Source of the DNA: Tricharina praecox
Taxonomy: Eukaryota
Direction of reading: 5' to 3'
Assembly (NCBI RefSeq): GCF_024521635.1
Contig: NW_026250406.1
Span: 1,054,001 to 1,118,000 of the forward strand
Length of the DNA stretch: 64,000 bases
Shown: piece by piece, positions 50,048 through 64,000 of the stretch
Layout: the number at the start of each line of letters is the position of its first letter
Numbering within the stretch: position 1 is the first letter of the stretch
Program-made: the position numbers and the translations under genes
The notes under the pieces: generated by a model
Databases searched by the model: none
Seen by the model: the letters and a program-made list of their open reading frames with translations, nothing else
What the model was told of the DNA's origin: nothing

Positions 50048-52138
50048 TCAGTCGTACTCCCGGCCGTAAATCTTTCCGACGTTCGGGGGGAGGTGGTGGT
50101 GGAGACGGTGTACACCCGCCTTGGCAACCTGCTTGGAAGAAGCCTTGCAACTGGCGTCCACCTCTTTGTGGGAGCAGCCTCTGCCGATTTCGACGTTGCA
50201 GACCTCGAGGGATTGAACCCATCTGTCGGAAAGTGCCTCCTGGATGGTGATCCGCTTCGACGGGTCCAGGTGAAGCATGCGGTAGATTAGCTTCATGGCG
50301 GCCGGCTTCAGGCTCGCGAAGACTGGGTGACGAGGGTAGGATCCATCCTTGGTCATCTCGCCCGAGGGGTTCCGCTCCTCCCACTCCCTGAAAACCTCGA
50401 CGTAACGCTTGAAGTGAGTGTTGTTGTCGGTGAGCTCAGTCGAATACCAGAGCGGTCCGGAGAAGATGATGACCAGGTAGATCATGGCACAGGACCAAAC
50501 ATCGAGCTTCCTAGCGTCGTAGGGACCTGATGGACGAGAACAGGTCAGTTTAGGTGGGAGGGGGCATCGTGTGAGAAGGGACTAACCAGTCTTGCCTTGA
50601 ACCTCGGGTGAGATGTACGGCGCACTTCCCACGATGCCAGGATTGCTGAGTCGGATCTCGGTCATGTCCATCCCACATCTGAACCCGGTCGAACCGGGGT
50701 GCTTTCCGGCAAATACCTCTGAAACTCCAAAGTCGGTAATCTTGAGGTGTCCGTCCACAGTGACCAGGAGGTTCTCGGGCTTCAGATCCCGGTGAGCGAT
50801 GCCGTGTTCGTGCAGGTAAGCAACACCACGGAGGAGCTGCTTGAAGCAACAATGCTTCTCGGCTTCTCCCATAAAGTCCTTCTGGATTAGGCCAAAGAGG
50901 TCGCCACCGGCACAGTACTCCATGACGTGACACCACCGCTTCGAACTGCTGATGCAGAGATCCTCGGTGATGACGATGTTGGGGTGGTCGAGACTCTTGG
51001 AGATGCAAAACTCGGAATTGACCTTCTCAAGGTACTCATCCTCGCTCTCGGCCTTGGCTCGTTTCCGGAATTCCTTGACAGCGAAGAGCTCGTTGCGCTG
51101 TCCGTTGAGGCTGTGCATGACCTTGACGACGGCGGAAACACCCTCACCGCACCGCTTCGACTTGCCGGGAATATGGCTGTGGCTGGCGTATTTCGAAGCG
51201 AGAGCAGTGACGGGCGCGCTCATCTCGGGGACCTGTGTGCTCATGCGACGCGACTTGGATCCGGCTCCGGTCATGGCGGGGTGGGTGATGGCGGTGCCGG
51301 TGAGATCCTTGATCCCGCTGACACTGCTGGAGCGGCTCTTACGCGAGAAGAAGTGCGGCTTCGACTTGTCTTCGAGGCTCGAGGGGCGCTGGGCGGTGAT
51401 GGTGGTGGCTGCAGAAGGCTGGGGCTCGAGGGAGTTGGTCGGCGATGGAAGCGAGCCAGGAGATGGCGGCGAGATACCACGCGTGGAAGAAGAGGAAGTG
51501 TTCTTTCTCGAGAAGAAGCCGCGTTTTGGAGGAGAGCTGGATGGAGGCTCGATGACGAGGCCGAGACCCTCGCCGCCGGCTTTAGCAGTGGACGAATTTA
51601 CCCGACGAATCATGGTCTGGATGCGCTCCGACGCATGTCTTCGCAAGCTAGCGCGTCCGACGGAGGGGGCGGTGGAGGTTGCGGACGAAGACGCACCCGG
51701 TTCTAGGGCGGAGTGGGAGTGCTGTTTCGGAGTGGCGGGGGTAGCGATGATGATGGGGGCGGTTGCACGGAAGCCTTCGTCGGAACTGGAGCTGATGTAC
51801 ACACCGTCGTGAGTTTCGCTAGTGGGGGTTACGGGTTCCTGCAACTCGCTAGCCGTCTCGTTGTCTTCGTCCTCTTCGGGAACGGTGTGGCATTCTCTGC
51901 CGTCGGCATCGAGATCCGGGGGTCCGACAACAAACTTGGCGTGGTGGTGGTGCGCGAAGTGGTCTTCCGAGTGATGTTCGTCCATCATGTCGAAATATGG
52001 GCCGGAGAGTGGAGGGTTGAGAGCCGGGACGAATTTAGTGTTCAATTCCGGTAACGATTCTGGTGTGAGAGGCATCGACAACGACGAGATAGAGCTGGAA
52101 TAAGTGGAAGCAGAATCGTATTGGGGTGGAGTATTCAT
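50048..52138 (-). CDS. Ser/Thr protein kinase of the fungal HAL (Npr1/Hal5) family, Ptk1/Ptk2-like; about 676 aa; exons 52138-50587 and 50526-50048
   Basis: Motifs GEGVSAVVK, FAVKEFRK, SEFCISKSLDHPNIV, WCHVMEYCAGGDLF, HRDLKPEN, DFG, GSAPYISPEV and KTG|PYDARKLDVWSC, with an S-rich N-terminal extension. A 60-nt intron lies at 50586-50527 (GTTAGT...ACTGAC...CAG). Confidence 0.9.
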
Positions 52139-53607
52139 GAAGAACGGAGTATCGGATGGGGGGTGGTCAGGGCGATGTCCGTTCGTATTGAAACTCGACT
52201 TCTGGTATTGCGGGGGTGTATGTATTATGTTGCGCAGCGATCCAGGCTAAGGGTTGTAGGAGGGAGAATGTCGAAGCTGGAAGCGGAAGCGGACTAAGTG
52301 TGTTGAAGGCCTACAGGATGGAAGAGGGCGGGCGGAAGGATATATGTATAGGAACGTGAAGGAAGAGGATTATAGATGGACCGCTATCAGGTGGAACTCG
52401 ATATGCCATACGACAAAGCAAGATTTCCAGAAGAGAAGAGCCGGGTGAAGAAGGATAGATATAACTGCGGAGGGGTGTTTCGGAGCGGCACTGCACTATA
52501 AGGCGTGGCGACAGGATATCGAAGGATTAAGAGACGCGCAGGAAAAGAGGGTGGCGTCTTGGGGGGGAGGGGGGGTTAGGTTCGGTGGGAGGGTGTGTGT
52601 GTGGAGGAGGAAGCTGGATGTTTTCTTTTTTTTTCTTTTTTTTCTTTTTTCTTCTTTTTTTTTTGGATCCGGTGAGGTGGTGGTGGACGGAGCGAGGGGG
52701 ATGTGTGGAAGTGTGGGAGGGAGGGGGGTGAAGGGTGAAGGGTGGAGGGGGAAGGGGAGGGGGGAGGGATTTGTATGTAGCTGAGGGCGGGAAACACAAG
52801 CGGCGGGCGAGCGCAGGAGCACAGCAGCGCAGGAGCCCCTCGTCGTCTCTGTTTGTGTGGAGAAAGGACAATCGATAGCGGGGGGTGGGACACCAAACGC
52901 TATCTGGGTATCGCTGAGGGTTGTGGCCAACTGGGAAAACCTAGTAGGGGTCGGGGTTTCGGTCTTGGACAACGAAACGTACAGCTTGGAGACCAGGACG
53001 GGGGAGGAAAGGCAGTCGGGGAGACGATGGAAGGAAGGAAGGAAGGAGGGCGAGGGAAGGGAAGGGAGGGGAACGAGACTCGAGAGAGCGAGGGAGCGAA
53101 GCGTCAGAGTGTACGAAAAAGGTAGAGTATGTACGGGCTGGGCTGGCAGCGAGCACTCTACATACTTGGGGACTTTCCATCGGGGCGAGTCTCGAGTCTC
53201 GAGTCTCAAGTCCCGCCGTGTTGTGTCTCGCGTTCATTCTCGCCGTGTTGTGTCTCTCGTTCATTCTCGCCGACGCTCTCTACTCTAACTACGGTATGCG
53301 CCCCTCCCCCTTCCTTCAGGCAGACAGGCAGGCTTGGTTGGTGGGACTCTGTGTGTGCGTGTGCGTGTGTGTGATGCCTGGCTAACTGCCCTGCGGACTG
53401 GACTCGAACATGACTTTGCTGGAGAAACTATGATATGTGTGCAGGCAGCGCAGGCAGCGCATATCTAGGAGTACTCTACTCTGCTCTACTCTACGGGATT
53501 ATGTGTGATGAATTGTACCGTGACTACAGCTGCTGCTGCTCCGGTACAGACCGGCACCGATGGCTGGCTGGCTGGCTGGCTGTCTCTCCACCGTGCGACG
53601 ATGAATC

Positions 53608-53682
53608 AGGACTCAGACTCAGGCTCAGGCTCAGACTCGAACTCGGACTCGGACTCAGACTCGGACTCGGACTCGGACTCGG
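53608..53682. repeat. Hexamer repeat (GACTCG/GACTCA/GGCTCA)n
   Basis: Read directly from the sequence. Confidence 0.9.
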
Positions 53683-54847
53683 ACGCGGCAACAAGCACGC
53701 AAATAACTGGCAATCGCAATCTCTCCTCTCCTTCCTGTCGCTCTCTCTCTCTCTCGTCCGCGCAGGGTTTCGCTTCGCCGCCAGTTTTGTTTACGGCTAG
53801 TCTCCGTTTTGGCGCGCTCTCTTGCTGGGGCGGCGGTTCTGTGGGAGATGGGGGGCTGCTCAGGTGTGTGGGAGTGTGGGAGTGTGTGGCCTGGTCACAG
53901 TGGTCACCGTGGTCGGTCGGCCAGCCAGCTAGATAGAGTAGCATCGACGATGATGATGCTGCTGCTGATGCTGCTGATGATGATGATGTTGTGGTGGTGG
54001 ATAACCGGGTATCCCTCTCGGCTCTACTCTTCGCTCATTCCGGGGCTGGCCATGCATAGAGTAGAGTAGGTACAATCGAAGAGCCCTCTCTCGTTCTTAC
54101 TTCCTACTCGAGGCGGGTGATGCGAAAATTGGAAATGGGAGGGACATGATTTTCGAGAGAGGCCGGAGCGAGGAGCGACGAGCCAGAGAGTGAGAGTGAG
54201 AGTGGACCCTGAGAGGCGATGCGTGCGGCCGGCAAGGCAAGGCATACTACAGTGCCGCCGCCGCCCTCACCAGCATCAGCATCAGCATCAGCATCAGCAT
54301 CAGCATAACCTCACTCACTCACTCACTCCCAGCGCCGGTGACTCCCTTTCGTTCCTACACCAGTCATAAGGAACTACTAGTACTTGCGCGCAAAGTCGAC
54401 ACAAGTACCAACCAGGAGAGAATCCGCAGTGAGACCCGCAGCAATTGCAGAGTACTTGAGCAGAGCAGGCAGGTCTGAGATTCGCATGAAGCACGACAGG
54501 ACAGGACAGGACGCCGCACTGCACTGCATCTCTAAGAGACCCCATCACCCATCACCCATCACCCCGAAAAGGCGAAAAGGATCAAAGGCTTCTCGCCAAA
54601 AAAGAAAAGGAACGAGAAAGCCCTGCCCCGAATAGGAAACGAAATAGTAGAGTAGAGTGTCTAACCTCTAACCAGCCACAGACCAGCCTTCACACACAAG
54701 ACAAGACAAGATGGAGGCGGGCAGTGGGTGGCGGTGGGCGGTGGGGTTGGCCATCCATCATCCATCGATCAATCATCTCCAATCATCGTGCGGCCCATGC
54801 CTCGCTCTCGAGTCTCCAGGGAACTGCTCGACTCCTCCCCATCCGTC

Positions 54848-54997
54848 CACTTCGACACTTCGACACTTCGACATCCACACTTCGACACTTCGACATCCAC
54901 ACTTCGACACTTCGACATCCACACTTCGACACTTCGACATCCACACTTCGACACTTCGACATCCACACTTCGACACTTCGACATCCACACTTCGACA
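54848..54997. repeat. 22-bp minisatellite (CACTTCGACACTTCGACATCCA) x about 6, built from an 8-bp subunit
   Basis: Read directly from the sequence. Confidence 0.9.
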
Positions 54998-57900
54998 GTT
55001 CTACACACCGCGATCCACCACCGTCCACCATCCACCATCCACCGTCCACCATCCACCATCCACCGTCCGCCCGTCCACAGTCCGTCCGCACGCACGAACG
55101 CACGCAAGCACATTGACACTGACACCCACCCATCCACCCATCCATAGCCATGGTTGTTGTTTCGAGGGGCGGGTGGATAGATGTGTGTGTGGATGTGTGT
55201 GTGGATCACAAACCACTGACCACTGACCACAGTTGGTTCAACGAGCTTCGCTGCAGCCAGCTTTGCAGCATCGCGCTCTCCGGCGTAAATAAATTACAAT
55301 TACTAATAGCGCCAACGCCAATGTCAACGCCAGTCCCAACGCCAGCCCCGTACGGGCTATTATCTTGTAGATGTGTAGAGTAGGTATTCGAGGTTCCCTA
55401 TGTAGCCCCGCCATCGACACACTCCCAGATCTGCCCTGTCCCGAAGGCTGGAGCGGAGCGGAGCGGCGCTGCTGCCAGTTATGTACGCCGACTCTCCGAC
55501 TCTCCGCGCAGATACACATACACATACATCTGTATCTACATAACTTCATACGGTACTCTTAATGTATGCCCTGTATGTAGTCGTTTATGTAGTCGTTCGT
55601 TACCACGTTCACCGCGTTTGTCTCGTCCCAATTGTCCCAGCTGTCTCAATTGTTTCCCCTTCCCTTCCCTTCCCTTACTCTTCCCCTCTTTTCGGTCGGG
55701 CCCGCAAAGCCTCCCCATTCGTGGAGCGCACCTTGGAGCACCTTGGGGTCGATCTACTCTCGCCGAATCCCTCCCCTCCGATAGATGAACGCATCGCGCT
55801 CGCTGTGTGTGGGTCCCCCAGTACTAGTAGGTACTATACTTCGAGATGGAAACATACGGTAGGTGGGTAGGTGGGGTCCCACCACCACCACCCGGACCCG
55901 GAAGAGTCGGAGGAGGGGAGGAGGGAAAGAGTGCTGTGGCCTGCGGGTAATGACAGCCGATTCCTGGTTGTGCGTGCGTGCAGCGGCGGCGGCGGGCATC
56001 TCGGGACGTCGGGAGGTGGATGCTGGATGGATGGATGGATGGATGCTGGATGGAAGCGTCGAGAAGAAACATCTGTGTGTGTGAGTGTGTGTGTATGGGT
56101 GTGTGTGTGGTTGGGGTAAAAGCAAGTTTCCCAACCGTCCGTCCGTTATGACGATACTCCAGGTAAAGTAGAGTACCGGTAGAGTAGGTATCCGGAGTTT
56201 TGCTGGCCTCTGCCGCCGAAGCAAAGCAAAGTGCAAAGTGCAAAAGGTATAAGTTTTCGCCCGACAACTCGACTCGGGCCAGACAAGAAGGAAGGATTAC
56301 GACGGTGACATACTTCTTGGTAAGAAAGTTGGTATTCTCATGCCGTGCTTCGAACTCGAAACGACAGCTCTGTACAGATATCGGAATTTCCGGAATTTCA
56401 AGATTTCCAAGATTTCCCACCGCTCACCGCGAGGATTACTATAAACCCTAGCCCTGCCCTGGTCCCTGGTCCATCTTGAACTTCAAAGTTCAGGCTGTAT
56501 TCTACCGTCGCCGTTCACCTGGAAGGGCAGAGATCGACACTGGACACTGGACACTGCACAGGTGACTTCGACTGTTGTACCTACCATGTACTCCTGTAGG
56601 TAGCACCCGTGGGTCATGACTTACCTGGACGAGGCTGGTCAGCCGCAACGACAGCAACATCAACAACGACAGCGACATCGGATATCTCCGCATATCCCGT
56701 TCGTCGCAATCTCGTAACGAGGCCGAGCACGGCCGAGCACGGGGCACGGGGCACGGCGGGGAGTTCGGCAGGGCCGAGAATCGAGATCGCCGGTATCATA
56801 AGTTCATAACTACCGTATGGCAGTCGTTCCGACTCCGAAGCTTCACTCACGCTTTCCTTCCTTCCTTCCTCCCTTCCTTCCTTCCCTCTAGTTTGGTACC
56901 CAGGCAGATATCTCTGTCATGTCCTGTTGCTTCTCCGGCATCTCCGGCAAAAACAAAAAACTCAATCGTGCACCACCGCCGACCGACATCGTGGGGGTGA
57001 GAACCCTGGACGAAAGTCAAGGAGATCGGAAGCCTACAGGCACATCTCCGACTGACCGACCGACCTGCGTGAGATATGTAGAGTACAGACCGGCATCTCC
57101 ATCTCGCGGCCTCCGGCGTGGCTGCTGCTACTGCTGCTGTAATAGAGTAGCTTCTCCACACCTGGCTGGAAATATTTTCTACATAACCACCACCAAACGC
57201 CAAACCAAACGCCAAACCAAACCACACAAAGTCTGGGACTCTGGGGTTACCGGGGGAGCCTGAAGGAGGAGGAGGAGGGTTTGTGCGTTTGGATCGGGGA
57301 TCCCAATTACCTAGGCCGCTTGCAGGAGTTTCTATTACTCTACATATCATATGTACTCGAGTAGGTACTCCAATGAGCGCGAGCCCTCGAGCCACCCAGC
57401 TCCCCTCCCCTCCCTCGCCCACACGGGGCTGCCGAGCGTCGACGAGGGTTTCGTGCATCGCATCGCATCGCATGGCATGGGAGAAGAAGAGGAAGAAGAA
57501 GAAGAAGAAGCAGAAGCAGGAGAATCAGAAGCAGGAGAAGAAGGAGTCGTGTGCTGGTTTCCCGTTTCCAGATGATGACAACACACTCCCCATGTATGTA
57601 GAGTATGTACATACGGTATGTAGACTCCGTGGAGACCTGACACAGTCAGCCTCCACCTCCACCACCGCGACGCGGGAGGAGATTGCCGACGTACCGATGT
57701 AGAGTATGGAGGTATCTAGAGTGTGTAGAGTACGGTACGGGAGGCCAAGAATAATTTATATAGGGTATGTATTAGGGAGTAGCAATGCGTATTGCGTACA
57801 TATATACTCCTGGTGTGCACTTTAGGAGGTATGTATTGTACTGTAAATACTGTAGATACTCTACATACGGTATTTGGGTATATGTACTCTACTCTAGCAA

Positions 57901-59411
57901 CTCACGAACTCTACGAGCTTTAGCAGGACCTCCTGTAAAGGCATGTATGATACGCATGCAGACAGGCAGCAATACCACTACCCACTACCTACTCTACTGC
58001 ACCTGTACAGTACGCGCTGTACAGTACTGTACGTGTCTATTTTCTCCCTACCTATGCATCGTTACATAGGGACACGATGCCGAGATGTTAGTTATGTGTA
58101 CCTACCGTGGTAACCAGCAGCCAGCAGTCCGCAGTCCGCAGTCCGCAGTCCGTCCGCATAGCTATCGCTCGAAACGCCTGACAGCTCTCACTCTCTTTCT
58201 CTTTCTCTTTTCGCGATGATGGTGTTTGTGAAACCCACGAATTGGGTATTATTTTACCCAAGGCCCCGCCCGTCCGCCCGCGACGCCCGTCCCTGTCCTG
58301 TGATACGATACGCGCCGCAAGCCAACAGCTCGGGGGTCGTACTCTAGGACTTGACGCGGCTGGAGCGCTGTCAACTCAGTCCGTCGGTCTGTCGGTCAGG
58401 CAGTCAGGCAGTCAGGCCTGTTTCGTCCCATCTTTTTGTTTTCTTTTTTTCCATTTCTTTGTTTTTGGTTTATTTCTTTGCACCACCACACACAACCACA
58501 CACCACACACGACACACGAAAACAACCAGAACGCGATGACGCTATGACGGCATGTGGTAACGGCTAGCCGAGTCCGTAAAAACTCGCTGCCGAGTCCGAA
58601 TCTGTGCATCCCCTAACCTCTCTGGGAGCCTGGGAGGGACCCCCCCCCCCTCCCCCCCAGCAAAGGCCGCCAGTTACTAAGTCGTGTGGATGGTGGGACC
58701 TGGGGTGTGTGTGTGCCTGCCGAGATAACCCCAATCCCCGCTGGGCGATACTAACGAATTGACTAAGTTGGTTGCCCCAGAAATAAATGTTCGCCGTTTC
58801 GATGGAGGCCCTTGGACTTGAAGGCCCTTAGAGGGGACGGCTGAGTGGATGGATGGGATCGCGCTGCTTACCTAGTTACGGTACTGGTTGGTTGGTTGGT
58901 TGGTTCGTTGCTCTAGGCACGATGTGGGCAAGTACCTGCCTAAGTACTTCTATACCTGCCTCTCCACTTGAGCAGCGTACCGTAGCACACGAGAGTAGTA
59001 GTAGAAGTGAGGCTGCAAATATCCCTCAAACCCACCGCGCCGTTCGCCGACAAGGAACCACAGGCTTTCCGCATGCCCCACTGCACCCGCTCGGCCCTGC
59101 CGACATGCGTGCAAGCAAACGAGGCTTCTTCCTCAGCCGAGAGAGCCGTGGACGCCAGGCCCATCCATCGGCTTGCGTGGAAGCCGGCGTCAAATGTACC
59201 CTATGCTATGCACCCGGGATTCACACAGAGGAACGTGGAGAAGATGTGTGTATGTACCTGCCCTGCATGGGGGTTGCACGCGGAAACGAGCGGGTATTCG
59301 GAATCGTAGCCTCTTTTATGTACACATGGCAAAACTATGATACTTACAGGGCAGGCAGACAGAATAGACGAACAGACAGACGGATGGACATGTCAGGCCA
59401 GGCAGACACCT

Positions 59412-59437
59412 CCCCCCCCCCCCCCCCCCCCCCCCCC
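59412..59437. repeat. C26 homopolymer
   Basis: Read directly from the sequence. Confidence 0.95.
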
Positions 59438-62400
59438 ACGATCCGGTCGCGATCGCTGTCTGTCTGTCTGTCTGTCTGTCTGTGTGTCTGTTTGTCTTGT
59501 CTGTCTCACTCACGATGGTCAGCATCGCCATCCATCAATCCCCTTCATTCTCGGCTTACGATATCGGAGAGATAGAGAAATAAAAAAATATTTCCTCATT
59601 CTGAAGTTTCACCGAGTTTGTGCCACGGACTGGTACGCGGAATGTCAGCGGGGAATACCTAATCCGCCGGGGATATTGCCCGGCAGCGACCCTACCAACC
59701 TACTCCTAGTATCTAGTAGTCTCGAAACCTCCGTGAACCGGAAATCCGATGCGTGACATCAGGGATCCAGGGAGTGAGGGGAGTGCGAGGGGAGAACCGA
59801 CGCCCCATGGCCAACGCCTCCGATTCGAACAAGACCAGACCAGAGCTAACCCCGCCGCCGCCGACGAAACATACCGGTATGGACATACATATGGCCGGGG
59901 GTCCCGTTCTGATTCGCCAGAGCAGAGCAGAGCAGAAGCACGGCACGGCACGCCTTTATCGATATCGATTGTGATTTTCGTGGCGTCGATCGGTCGCCGA
60001 CTCCAGACCCTCCAGACCCCTTCAGACCCTCCAGACACCCCCCCAGACCAGACCCGCCAGAGTCAAAAGTCCAACGTGAGCGCCAGCTGTCAGAGACATG
60101 TATCTATGAGGTACCGTAGTTAGCGATCGGGGAAAACGGGTTGGAAATTGGGACACTGCACGAGCAATTTCCTCTATTTCCAACTTTTACGCGGATCTAC
60201 GATGGCACCGTGGCTGGCTGGTTGGCTGGCTGGCTGGCTTGTCGTGGCTTGTCGTGGCTTGACGTGTCCCAACCCCAACGGCTTTCGAACCGTGAACTCG
60301 AGAGCGAGAGGTTCCACCGTTCCACCGTTCCACAGAAGAAGAAAAAATGTATACATATATTCTTCAGCGGGTACCAAAAGTCTGGGCTTTGGACTATTCT
60401 CCGGTATGTACAGTACACAAAAGATCGTGATGCTTGGCTTGTAAATTGTTTAGATACGCTGTTGTTTCGGTTTGGAAAGCTTTAGAAATATGTAGACATA
60501 GGTACAACAGGCACATGACGAACATGTAGAGCAGGTATGTAATCCCTTCTTCTTCTTTTCTCCGACGTCGGAACTTCAAACTCCCCCCTTGCCAGGCGCA
60601 GTCACTCTTTCCGATCTCGCACACTCATCATTCGTCACACGGTCAACGTCATATGTAACCACATGAAGTTTGAACGTCAATCACCGCTGGCCTTATACAT
60701 ACCCCTTCCGCGTCCGCATCCGCATCCGCAGCCCGACGATTTCCGCCCCGGGTGCGACTCGGCGAATAGGTGAATCCACAACCATCCTCCACTGCGAGCA
60801 CTTCGGTGCACACTCTTACCTCTCAACGCCTCCACAGTCCATCTCTCGGTCGAGCCGTTGGCAAGCAAGCATGCGGACATTGGACTTCATGCAAAACGCT
60901 CCCGAGCTTTGAAGGTCCCAGAGCTCCGCTTCGGCTTCGGCCTGGGTATGTATGTATGCCGCATGCGCAGAGAGGGCAGGCAGAAAGTGGGTGGGCCGGG
61001 TGGGGTTGCGCGGATCGCTGCGGATATATCATATCAACCGCGGTTCGATGATCTACTTTACTTCAAGGACGGCTGTAACTAGAGGTAGATAGCATGTTAC
61101 AGGCCTGCGTCGATGGAAAATGCTCTGGTATAGTCGGGGTCACCGGTATAGGTAGAATGAGGGGTACATGGAATAGAACAGTGACCTTTGATCATTGATG
61201 CCCCTTCAGGCTTCAGCGTAGCATGGCCACCGGCCAGTCACAGATAGCGGGTCAGGCCTCTGCGAGGGTCCACTGTTCAGTACCATAGGTACCATGGTAG
61301 CCAACGAAGTTACGACACAGTGCCGCTATATTCTGGCGTAGATGAGCTTGACGCTTCCTCGTGACTCGTGAGTAGCAACGTTGGTACATTCTGGCAGACG
61401 AATAGGTATCTAGATGTAGTTACTAGCATCCAAGCATCCGTCACTTCACTGCGCCTCACCCCCTACAGAGTGGTACCGACCCGGCGGGAGATCGAAAAAG
61501 TATCCAACATTTGTCTTGACTCTATCCTACGTGATGATCCGTCATGAAGTCAAAAAATACCAAGAGTCGCCGGGGGGCACTGCTTCATGCACGCCGGAGA
61601 TATCTAAGACAGCACTGCACCGAACTCCGGTTTTGGGACGCGGAGCCCGGGGGGAGGAGGGGGGGCGCGGACGTACTCTACGCGCAACAGGATTCGTACA
61701 TCGTAGGCAGAGACACGCGTAGGTGTTAGATGGAACATGGAACACGCATGTCTACATATAGATGATCGTCCGACGTCCGTCCGTCCTTACGGCCGCTGAT
61801 CTACAAAAGCAACCTATCCCCCCCCGCGCCCTCCCCACTGCCAAGGGCTGGGCTTCGGAGGAAGTCAACTGCTACTGCAACGCCAACGCTGGGAAAGCTT
61901 CGCCCCCCCGAGCGAGCGACGGGAGGGGAAGGGGGAACTGTTTGGAGACGAGGCTGACGGGCGACGGGCGACGAAGCTTGTTGGCTGCGGGATGGCTCTT
62001 GAGAGTTGGGTCCCGGGGATGTGTTGCAGGAGTCCGGTACGTGTCGTCGTCGTCGTCGCCGTCTTCGTTGGTTGGTATATCTTGGCTCGGCGAGGGTGCC
62101 GCGCGCTCGCTCACTCATTCACCTCACCTCACCTTACGATCCTCACATCACGACGCAAACCCCCCAACAATAACATGGAACAGAGCAATTGATCCCAAGC
62201 AAGCAAGGAAGGCACAACGTGGAATCAACACATACCTCGGGGAATGATCACCGAGGTCGCGGCGCGCCTGTTCTGTGCAGACTGTTCTCGTCGGTCGCCA
62301 AGAGCTTGCTGTTCCACGCTGACGACGTTTCCTCCGAGGTCCATCCCAGGTCACTGGCCGAGCGCGACATTGTGATGCATCCTCCCGTCACTTGGCAATT

Positions 62401-64000
62401 GCGGATTGCGGGTGCGGTATCCACTCCGCACAGAACGCATCATGTGTGCTTTTTGCGGGGCGGTAATTTACATCTCTCCTACGAGGCGGTAACTACGGTC
62501 GAGCGGAGGATTGAGGGGAGGGGATGGCAACGAACTGGGTTCTGGTTCGAGGGATATCTACCTACTACCACTCTATAGTTGTTGAGCTGGGCGGGAACGA
62601 GAATAAGCCTCCGTTGGGGATTCAGATGACCCAGCAATGCCCAGCCTTCAATTCATCAGCGTGTATAAGCTCGCGCCGATTGGGAAAAAATAAAGCCAGC
62701 TCCTCCGCTTGAAGCAGATAGAGTAACTCCCTACTTCATACCTACATCGATATCCAGCGCAAATATGGAGCGCGAGCGGTAGGGAAGTGTTGGAAGTGTT
62801 GGAATTGATGGCTATCCTATCCCTCCATTCACTGCATATTATGCGCCCTGTTACGGACCCATGTCTGTCCGTCCACAAAGACTGCGGGTATCTCGACGTT
62901 CGACGTTTGTATGCAGGTCCACAGTGCCCCCTTCCCCCCGGGAAGCAATGTCTTGTTGGGCGAGGTTAGGGCTTGGCTAATTTTACGGAGGGCCTCCGTG
63001 TCTCGAAGGCTTTCGGACCTTGCATCTTCGAACGTACCTCCCCGAGAATGCCAAGCACAATGATCTGTGCGAGGCCGACATCTACATACTCTACTATATC
63101 TACATCGTGGTTGGATCTCCGGACTCGAGCTTGGCGGCATTTCGTGTTCTCCTGTACAGCGGGAGCAACCCGTTCGTGCGTTGTAACTGTTGAGGGGCAC
63201 GAGGCGGTTACCGATACATGGACCGTACATCTACCCGTCGCGATCGGGCTCGGCTGTTTTGGCCCGGTCGAGCGACAGGGACTCTGCGCTTCGATGTTCG
63301 TGTGTGTCCACCCGATGGCCGCCGAACGGCCAAGGCTCTGGCCGGTGCTCTCCCTCGGGACGGCTGGCCCATCCATCAACCGTGCCGTGTCGTCCCGGGT
63401 CATGGTTCGTTCAGCGGCATGGCCTGGGCCTGGATGTTGTTTGTAGGTACATGTGAGGTGTTTCGGTGCGCTGCACACCTTCAGGGTGGATATCGAATCT
63501 AGGTTACGGGATCTATGTACTAGTATCTACCTGGCCGCATGTTGAGACATACATAGCCATCTACCTATACTACCCTACGAGAGCTCGAATGACGACAGGA
63601 TTGCACAACGATCTGCCCTACCCGTTAGATGTCCACGCGTTGCTCAATGCCGATTCGTGCAAACGCAGAGTTGTCGGAACGCAATGTATGCCACGACGAC
63701 TTTGCTTTTGCTTTACCTCTCGTGCGTAGACAACATCCAATACGCATCACCGTCACCGTCACCGTCACCCCGGATCCTCCGGGCGGTGCTCGGCACCTGT
63801 CCACAGACCTGACACACGTATGTACGTACTCTATGTACTCTGGTTACGAGTACATAGGTACTCCGCATGAAGCGGTTGGCCAGCATGGAAGGGGGGACGT
63901 TGTCATAAGCTTGGCGCTTGTTTTAGGTTCCAACATGATCTCCCCCGGCCGGCGGGGATGATTTGTGAGGATGTTTCACTGTCAAACCGCAACACCGAGC

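Noticed and set aside
50927..52054. Plus-strand ORFs of 259, 286 and 113 aa
   Set aside because: Antisense shadows of the kinase CDS.
36006..52138. Polyamine gene cluster (spermidine-synthase-like gene plus Ptk-like kinase)
   Set aside because: The genes are more than 10 kb apart and convergent, and neither function is established here. The transferase has HDVF rather than the canonical spermidine-synthase DSSD-type motif.

Overview
Eukaryotic DNA from a filamentous ascomycete: short GT-AG introns with CTRAC branch points, fungal-specific genes and long microsatellite-rich intergenic tracts. Pezizomycetes is a low-confidence guess. The conserved genes are the 3' part of an Ssk1-type response regulator (<1-1674, +), a Whi3/Scw1-type RRM protein (23252-25174, -), a CCDC97-like protein (34888-35589, -), a membrane-fused spermidine-synthase-like SAM-dependent enzyme (36006-39286, +, two unusually long introns) and a HAL/Ptk-family kinase (50048-52138, -). 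Between SSK1 and WHI3 lies an accessory island of about 15 kb holding two tandem paralogues whose full architecture is not visible in the ORF track: two spliced Zn(II)2Cys6 clusters at the N-terminus, followed by a C-terminal array of 35-aa ankyrin repeats. Paralogue B (17888-12332) has an open reading frame of about 1789 aa with 42 near-identical 105-bp repeats in exact register. Its variation is almost confined to predicted binding-surface residues, and a few helix and loop variants are shuffled combinatorially. This resembles the hypervariable sensor arrays of fungal NLR/HET proteins, but here it is attached to a transcription-factor-type domain with no NACHT/NB-ARC. Paralogue A (9664-5279) is disabled by three stops and two frameshifts, and has a different repeat repertoire plus an extra TPR-like block. 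Also present are a 318-bp hAT-type MITE with an 8-bp TSD, a 120-bp fold-back MITE with a degenerate sibling, and a decayed LINE ORF2 3' end. All gene models were derived by eye and no searches were run.
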